Assembly: GCA_035536055.1 (NCBI GenBank)
Contig: DATLOW010000024.1
Span: 7,599-71,598, forward strand
Source of the DNA: Paraburkholderia sp.
GTDB lineage: Bacteria; Pseudomonadota; Gammaproteobacteria; Burkholderiales; Burkholderiaceae
DNA length: 64,000 bases
Direction of reading: 5' to 3'
This document shows, piece after piece, positions 58,362 through 64,000 of the stretch. The notes below the pieces were generated by a model. It had not been told where the DNA came from and made no database searches. It was given only the letters and a program-made list of their open reading frames with translations. How positions within the stretch are numbered: the first letter of the stretch is position 1; each line of letters opens with the position of its first letter. Made by a program: the position numbers and the translations under genes.

Positions 58362-60098
58362 GTGGCAAACCGAAAGTCCCCCGAGCAATTGCGCAGCCAC
58401 CGCTGGTACGGCGTCGACGACCTGCGTTCGTTCGGCCATCGCTCGCGCACCGCGCAGATGGGCTTCAGCCGTGAAGAGTATGCAGGCAAACCGGTCATCG
58501 CGATCCTCAATACGTGGAGCGAGATGAACCCCTGTCACACGCACTTCAAGCAGCGTGTCGAAGAAGTGAAGCGCGGCATCTGGCAGGCAGGCGGCTTTCC
58601 GATCGAGCTGCCGGTGCAGACGCTGTCCGAGCCGTTCCAGAAGCCCACCACTATGCTCTATCGCAACTTTCTCGCGATGGAAGCCGAAGAGACGCTGCGC
58701 TCGTATCCGGCCGACGGCGTGGTGCTGATGGGCGGTTGCGACAAGACCACACCTGCCTTGCTGATGGGTGCGATCTCGATGGACCTGCCGGCGATCTTCG
58801 TACCCGCCGGTCCAATGCTGCGCGGCAACTGGAACGGTACGACACTCGGCTCCGGTTCGGACACCTGGAAGTACTGGGCCGATCTGCGCGCGGGCAAGAT
58901 CACCGAAGCGGACTGGCAAGGTGTGGAGGGCGGCATTGCACGCTCGCCAGGCCACTGCATGACGATGGGCACCGCATCGACAATGACCAGCGCTGCTGAA
59001 GCCCTCGGCTTCACGCTGCCGGGTTTCGCATCGATTCCCGCCGCCGATTCGCGGCACGCGCAGATGGCGGCGAAGACCGGCATGCGGATCGTCGAGATGG
59101 TGTGGGAAGACCTGAAACCGTCCGACATTCTGACCGCGCAGTCGATCGACAACGCGGTGACGACCTGTCTCGCGCTGTCGGGGTCGACGAACGCAATCGT
59201 GCATATGATTGCGCTCGCGCGCCGCGCCGGCATTGCGCTGACACTCGAGCGCTACGACGCATTGTCGCGTCGCACGCCGGTGCTGGCGAACATCCGCCCG
59301 ACCGGCCGCTACCTGATGGAAGACTTCTACTACGCCGGCGGCTTACCGGCGCTGCTCGCGGAACTCGGCGAACTGATCGATCCCTCGCAGCGCACCGTGA
59401 ACGGCCGCACGCTTGGCGAGAATCTCGCGGACGCGCGCATCTTCAACGATGACGTGATCCGCCGCCGTGATGCACCGCTGCTGCCGGACAACGGTCTCGC
59501 GGTGCTACGCGGCAATATCGCACCGGACGGCGCAGTGATCAAACCCGGTGCGGCCGAAGCGAAGCTGCTGGTGCACACTGGCCGCGCGGTGGTGTTCCGC
59601 GACTACAACGACATGGCCGCGCGCATCGACGACGACGCGCTCGATATCGACGAAACCTGCGTGATCGTGCTGCAGCACGCAGGGCCCGTCGGCGCGCCGG
59701 GTATGCCAGAGTGGGGACAACTGCCGATCCCGCGCAAGCTGTTGATGCGCGGCGTGCGCGACATGGTGCGCATTTCCGATGCGCGCATGAGCGGCACCAG
59801 CTACGGGGCATGCGTGCTGCACGTCGCACCGGAGTCGTTCATCGGTGGACCGTTCGCGCTGGTGCGCGACGGCGACATGATCGAACTCGACGTGCCGCGG
59901 CGCAAACTGAACGTGCTGATACCGGATGACGAACTGGCGCGTCGCAAAGCGCAATGGAGCGCACCGCCGCAGCGCTTCACGCGCGGCTACGGCGCGATGT
60001 ATCAGGTGCACGTATTGCAGGCCGACAAAGGTTGCGACTTCGATTTTCTGCAGCGCGGCGGTGCGGCGGCGGCCGACGGCGAGCCGGAGATTCACTGA
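58362..60098 (+). CDS. araD: IlvD/Edd-family L-arabinonate-type dehydratase
   Basis: [29 protein letters not shown] and [11 protein letters not shown] motifs. Confidence 0.85.
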   Translation: MANRKSPEQLRSHRWYGVDDLRSFGHRSRTAQMGFSREEYAGKPVIAILNTWSEMNPCHTHFKQRVEEVKRGIWQAGGFPIELPVQTLSEPFQKPTTMLYRNFLAMEAEETLRSYPADGVVLMGGCDKTTPALLMGAISMDLPAIFVPAGPMLRGNWNGTTLGSGSDTWKYWADLRAGKITEADWQGVEGGIARSPGHCMTMGTASTMTSAAEALGFTLPGFASIPAADSRHAQMAAKTGMRIVEMVWEDLKPSDILTAQSIDNAVTTCLALSGSTNAIVHMIALARRAGIALTLERYDALSRRTPVLANIRPTGRYLMEDFYYAGGLPALLAELGELIDPSQRTVNGRTLGENLADARIFNDDVIRRRDAPLLPDNGLAVLRGNIAPDGAVIKPGAAEAKLLVHTGRAVVFRDYNDMAARIDDDALDIDETCVIVLQHAGPVGAPGMPEWGQLPIPRKLLMRGVRDMVRISDARMSGTSYGACVLHVAPESFIGGPFALVRDGDMIELDVPRRKLNVLIPDDELARRKAQWSAPPQRFTRGYGAMYQVHVLQADKGCDFDFLQRGGAAAADGEPEIH

Positions 60099-60189
60099 AC
60101 GGTTTGCGCGCATTGCGCGCGCGGCACGACCGATGCATTCACGCGCTCGCGCAAGCCCGCTCGCGCGAACCTCGCGCAATAAGATGCAC

Positions 60190-60795
60190 TCAATAGCCGA
60201 CCCGATAGACGCGCCCCGTCTGCGCACCTTCGACGCTGCGCAGATACGCATAGGCGGCGCGTTGCGCGCTGACCGGCTCGAAGCCGCGAAAATACGGTGC
60301 GTAGCTATCCATCGCTTCTGTGAGCACAGTCGGACTGACAATGTTGATGCGAATGCCGCGTGGCAGTTCGAGCGCGGCGCCGCGCACGAAGCCCTCCAGC
60401 GCGAGGTTGACGGTGGTGGCGCTGACCCCTTCGCGAATCGGTTCATCGGCGAGAATGCCGCTCGTCAGTGTGAACGAGCCGCCGTCGTTGACATGCGGCA
60501 GTGCTGCGAGCACCACGTTCACCTGCCCCATCAGCTTGTCGTCGAGCCCTTTGCGAAACTGCGCGACGCTCATCTGCGACAGCGGCCCGAAGAAGACCTT
60601 GCCGGTTGCCGTGACCACGCCGTCTACCTTGCCGATCTGTTTAAACAGTCGTTCGACATCGGCGGCATCGTTGCTGTCGACGCGCAGCGCACCGCGGGTT
60701 GCACCGATTTCGATCACTTCGTGGCGCGCCTTCAGTTCATGCGCGACCGCCTGTCCGAGCGTGCCAGTTGCGCCGATAACCACAATTTTCTTCAT
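60190..60795 (-). CDS. Short-chain dehydrogenase
   Basis: IGATGTLG, KLMGQVN, GSFTLTSG and RINIVSP motifs. Confidence 0.9.
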   Translation of the reverse strand: MKKIVVIGATGTLGQAVAHELKARHEVIEIGATRGALRVDSNDAADVERLFKQIGKVDGVVTATGKVFFGPLSQMSVAQFRKGLDDKLMGQVNVVLAALPHVNDGGSFTLTSGILADEPIREGVSATTVNLALEGFVRGAALELPRGIRINIVSPTVLTEAMDSYAPYFRGFEPVSAQRAAYAYLRSVEGAQTGRVYRVGY

Positions 60796-60874
60796 CGCTG
60801 TCGTCTCCGCTGAAGAGGAACCGTGCCACAGATTGTCACAGCGCCTCTAGCGCGACAAGTTGATTGCGCACGCA

Positions 60875-60906
60875 GATGCGCACGGCCCGCATGAACCGTG
60901 CGCATC
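60875..60906. terminator. 11-bp stem hairpin
   Basis: GATGCGCACGG-N10-CCGTGCGCATC. Confidence 0.45.
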
Positions 60907-60949
60907 GCGAGGCATTCATACGTAGCGAGGTGACGCAGCTAAATGCGCA

Positions 60950-61384
60950 TCAACCCTTGCGTTGCAACTCGATGATCCTCGTCGGCCGGCGATGATTGAG
61001 CGCGTAGTGCACGCGTCCGCCATATTGTCGATCGGCGCGCACACGCTCGCGGTCGGTCGTGAACGTGCCATTCGATTGTGGTTCGGCCATGCCTTTCTCG
61101 ACCACCGTGTAACCCGGCTCCAGCGCGAGCAACAGATGGTTACCGCCTTGCCGGCTATCGAAGCCGGCGAGGCCATCGATCGCTTCGGGCAAGCTGTTAT
61201 CGAGCGTCGCATTGCTGGTGGTCACTTCGTCCGGGCCGATCGCGCCGTGGCCTGCAAGACGTGCCGCTTCGCGATTCTTGCCGTCGGTGTCGACTGTGCT
61301 GTCGTGCGTGCGGTCGTTGTGCATCTCGGCACTGAGGCCCGCGGGCCGTTGCGTCGGCGCGGGATCGATCCTGGTGGGCATCAT
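60950..61384 (-). CDS. Burkholderiaceae hypothetical protein (DUF3005-like)
   Basis: AAGGAGG RBS, and D.T.DSTVDTDGK..EA and GLAGFDSR.GG motifs. Confidence 0.7.
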   Translation of the reverse strand: MMPTRIDPAPTQRPAGLSAEMHNDRTHDSTVDTDGKNREAARLAGHGAIGPDEVTTSNATLDNSLPEAIDGLAGFDSRQGGNHLLLALEPGYTVVEKGMAEPQSNGTFTTDRERVRADRQYGGRVHYALNHRRPTRIIELQRKG

Positions 61385-61711
61385 AGGCGTACCTCCTTAC
61401 GAATCAGCTGCATGAACGGCTTCATCAGCGATTCAGCAAGACCCGTTCCGGCAGATAACTCCCGATGCAAAAGTGCACCAACGCCGCACATAAAAACGCA
61501 CGAACTACCTGCGTTAACCGCGCCCAGAATTTTTTTGCGCTTTTTAATGGACGAGAATTTTCTACAGAGTATGATCCTTCTTCGACCCAGCGTCGGCGGT
61601 TAGTAATATTCCTAACCGTCGGGGTACGACAACAACGATAACGGCCAATGCGGTAATACGGTAATGCACCTTTTCGAACCGTCATATGAGGCAGTCAGGA
61701 GCTGATGACTC

Positions 61712-61945
61712 ATGCATGTCGATGCTGCATTCACTCATCGTGGCTATTTGTTGAACTGCTCGCCGGCACGCGCGGGCGATGGAAGCTGGCAACCGTATGT
61801 CGTCGTATCGCGATCGAGCGACGGCGAGCTGGTGGCCAACCGTTTCTTTCCTACCGATCTTCGCTTTGCCGACGAAGCCGCCGCAATCGCGCACGCCCGC
61901 GATTGGGCCGTGCGCTGGATCGACGCGAGCAGCATGACGATCTGA
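61712..61945 (+). CDS. Small hypothetical protein
   Basis: 77 aa ORF with AGGAG RBS and a F.DEAAAIAHA..WA..WID pattern. Confidence 0.7.
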   Translation: MHVDAAFTHRGYLLNCSPARAGDGSWQPYVVVSRSSDGELVANRFFPTDLRFADEAAAIAHARDWAVRWIDASSMTI

Positions 61946-62112
61946 CGCGGCACGTGCACGCACGACGCTAACTCTTGCAACTCCGCACCGCGCAACGCCG
62001 ACGCTGCGCGCATGCGGCGCGCGTCGCGATGCCGCACGGCGCTTCGCAAAACGCGGTAATCTCTGGGGACAATTCACTTTGACCGTGCCTGTGCACGGCC
62101 GCATGTCCTGCC

Positions 62113-63051
62113 ATGTCAAACGTTTCGTCGAACAACTGGGGTCTCGAACAGATCGTCGGCGAGTTGCGCGCGTCGCGCGAGCAACTGCATCGCACGCGCC
62201 ATCCGCGTGGCATTCGCGAGCTGCCGTCGCGCGAGGCGGTCATCAACATCGTGGCGGGCTTGCGCGCCGCGTTGTTTCCGACGCATTGGGGCGCGCCCGA
62301 CCTGACCGACGAAACGGTCGACTACTACGTCGGGCACACGCTGGAAAGCACACTGCGACTGCTCGCCGAGCAGATTCGCCGCGCGCTGCGCTTCCTGCCG
62401 GAACACGCGGAAACGCCGGATGCGGAACTGAGCCAGCGCGCGTTCGAAGTGGCGCGCGAATTCGGCACGCAACTGCCCGGCATTCGCGCCTTGCTCGTCA
62501 GCGATATCCAGGCCGCGTACACCGGCGACCCCGCGGCGCAGCACATCACCGAGATTCTGCTGTGCTATCCGGGTGTATGGGCGATGACGCATCATCGGCT
62601 GGCCCATGCATTACATCGGCTTGGCGTGCCGCTGCTGGCGCGCTTCATCAACGAGATCGCGCATTCGGCCACCGGCATCGACATCCATCCGGGCGCGCAG
62701 ATCGGCCCGAGCTTTTTCATCGACCATGGCACCGGCGTCGTGATCGGCGAAACCGCGGTGATCGGCGAACACGTGCGGGTTTATCAGGCGGTGACACTCG
62801 GCGCGAAGAGTTTCGCAGCGGATGCCGATGGTTCGCTCGTGAAAGGCAATGCGCGGCATCCGATCGTCGAAGACGATGTGGTGATCTATGCGGGCGCAAC
62901 CATTCTTGGCCGCGTGACGATCGGGCGTGGTTCGGTGATCGGCGGCAACGTGTGGCTCACGCATAGCGTGCCGCCGGGCAGCAGCGTATCGCAGGGCAAG
63001 GTGCGCGAAGGCGAACGCAACCGCGACCGCGGCGACGACGGGGCGCGCTGA
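62113..63051 (+). CDS. cysE: Serine O-acetyltransferase (EpsC/CysE type)
   Basis: GDPAA, TGIDIHPGA.IG..FFIDHGTGVVIGET, RHP and hexapeptide repeats. Confidence 0.9.
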   Translation: MSNVSSNNWGLEQIVGELRASREQLHRTRHPRGIRELPSREAVINIVAGLRAALFPTHWGAPDLTDETVDYYVGHTLESTLRLLAEQIRRALRFLPEHAETPDAELSQRAFEVAREFGTQLPGIRALLVSDIQAAYTGDPAAQHITEILLCYPGVWAMTHHRLAHALHRLGVPLLARFINEIAHSATGIDIHPGAQIGPSFFIDHGTGVVIGETAVIGEHVRVYQAVTLGAKSFAADADGSLVKGNARHPIVEDDVVIYAGATILGRVTIGRGSVIGGNVWLTHSVPPGSSVSQGKVREGERNRDRGDDGAR

Positions 63052-63166
63052 TGCGCGTCCGCGTCGCAGCGACGTCGGGCGCGTAGCACGCAGACTGCTA
63101 CGCGTGTGTCGGCAACGTCGCTGCGGCACTTGCGCGTACGTGCCGGTTGCCGTTCGGCTCAATTCG

Positions 63167-63817
63167 TCACGTATTCGCGACGCTCACCACCGCCGGCGCG
63201 CCGACGATCGACAGAAACTCGCGGCGCGTCGACGGATCGGTGCGGAACGTGCCGAGCATCCGCGACGTGACCATCTCGGCGCCGGCCTTGTGCACGCCGC
63301 GCGTCGACATGCACTGGTGCGACGCCTCGAGAATCACGCCGACGCCTTTGGGCTGCAGCACTTCGTTCAGCGTATCGGCGATCTGCACGGTCATCTTCTC
63401 CTGAATCTGCAGGCGTTTTGCAAACGCATCGACGAGCCGCGCGAGCTTCGAAATGCCGACCACGCGATGCTCGGGCAAATACGCGACATGCGCACGGCCG
63501 ATGATCGGCACCATGTGGTGCTCGCAGTAACTCTCGAAGCGGATGTCCTTCAGCACGATCATTTCGTCGTATCCGTCCACCTCGGAGAAGGTACGCGCGA
63601 GGATCTCGCGCGGTTCGGTCTGATAGCCCGCGAAGAATTCTTCGTACGCGCGCACGACGCGCGCCGGCGTATCGACGAGCCCTTCGCGCTGCGGATTTTC
63701 GCCGGCCCAGCGCAGCAGCACGCGCACGGCGTCTTCGGCTTCTGCGCGGGTCGGGCGGGGCAGCGCATCGGCAAGCTGTGTCGTGCTCTTTTTGCTGTTC
63801 TTTTTGCTCGGGTTCAT
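63167..63817 (-). CDS. folE: GTP cyclohydrolase I
   Basis: REGL.DTP.RV, CEHH..P, GISKLAR, RLQIQE and HQCM..RG motifs. Confidence 0.95.
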   Translation of the reverse strand: MNPSKKNSKKSTTQLADALPRPTRAEAEDAVRVLLRWAGENPQREGLVDTPARVVRAYEEFFAGYQTEPREILARTFSEVDGYDEMIVLKDIRFESYCEHHMVPIIGRAHVAYLPEHRVVGISKLARLVDAFAKRLQIQEKMTVQIADTLNEVLQPKGVGVILEASHQCMSTRGVHKAGAEMVTSRMLGTFRTDPSTRREFLSIVGAPAVVSVANT

Positions 63818-63875
63818 CTTCGCTCCTGTTCTGTTATGTGTTCATCGCGCGCTGCGCCGTGCGCGAGGCGCGGTG

Positions 63876-64000
63876 CTACTTCGGCCACTCGTCCATCGCG
63901 TCGTTGAACAGCTCCGCGACCACGCCACGCAGCCACACCGTGCGCGCATCGTTGCCGAACTTGCGATGCCAGTGCTGCCGCAGGTCGAAACGCGGCAAAG
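63876..64000 (-). CDS. LysR-family regulator, C-terminal part (runs off the window)
   Basis: LPRFDLRQHWHRKFGNDARTVWLRGVVAELF, a NodD/DntR-like C-terminus. Confidence 0.75.
   Translation of the reverse strand, partial: LPRFDLRQHWHRKFGNDARTVWLRGVVAELFNDAMDEWPK

Overview
GC-rich Burkholderiaceae-type DNA, most consistent with Paraburkholderia because it carries a braI-rsaL-braR quorum-sensing cassette. In order, the window contains: (1) a collapsed kdpFABC potassium-pump operon with intact kdpDE; (2) a LodA/LodB-type quinoprotein (CTQ) amino-acid oxidase operon carrying an extra bicupin gene and wired to its own binding protein, hybrid kinase and NarL-type regulator; (3) several orphan genes (an ECF-sigma-like protein, an internally duplicated protein, and secreted low-complexity proteins); (4) a ~22 kb LysR-controlled catabolic cluster for an unknown substrate (CoA ligase, TctABC, porin, periplasmic Mo-hydroxylase with cytochrome c, ComDE-like ThDP decarboxylase, ALDH, hydantoinase/oxoprolinase, RidA); (5) a TetR regulon with four copies of one promoter/operator cassette, covering two amidases, a Tat-exported alpha/beta hydrolase and a degenerate Fluc; (6) more core-like genes: egtB, Fnr, Usp, GntR, MFS, braIR, a sugar-acid catabolic operon, serine acetyltransferase and folE. 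I saw no rRNA, tRNA, CRISPR array, integrase or transposase. All calls come from motif recognition by eye; no database search was run.
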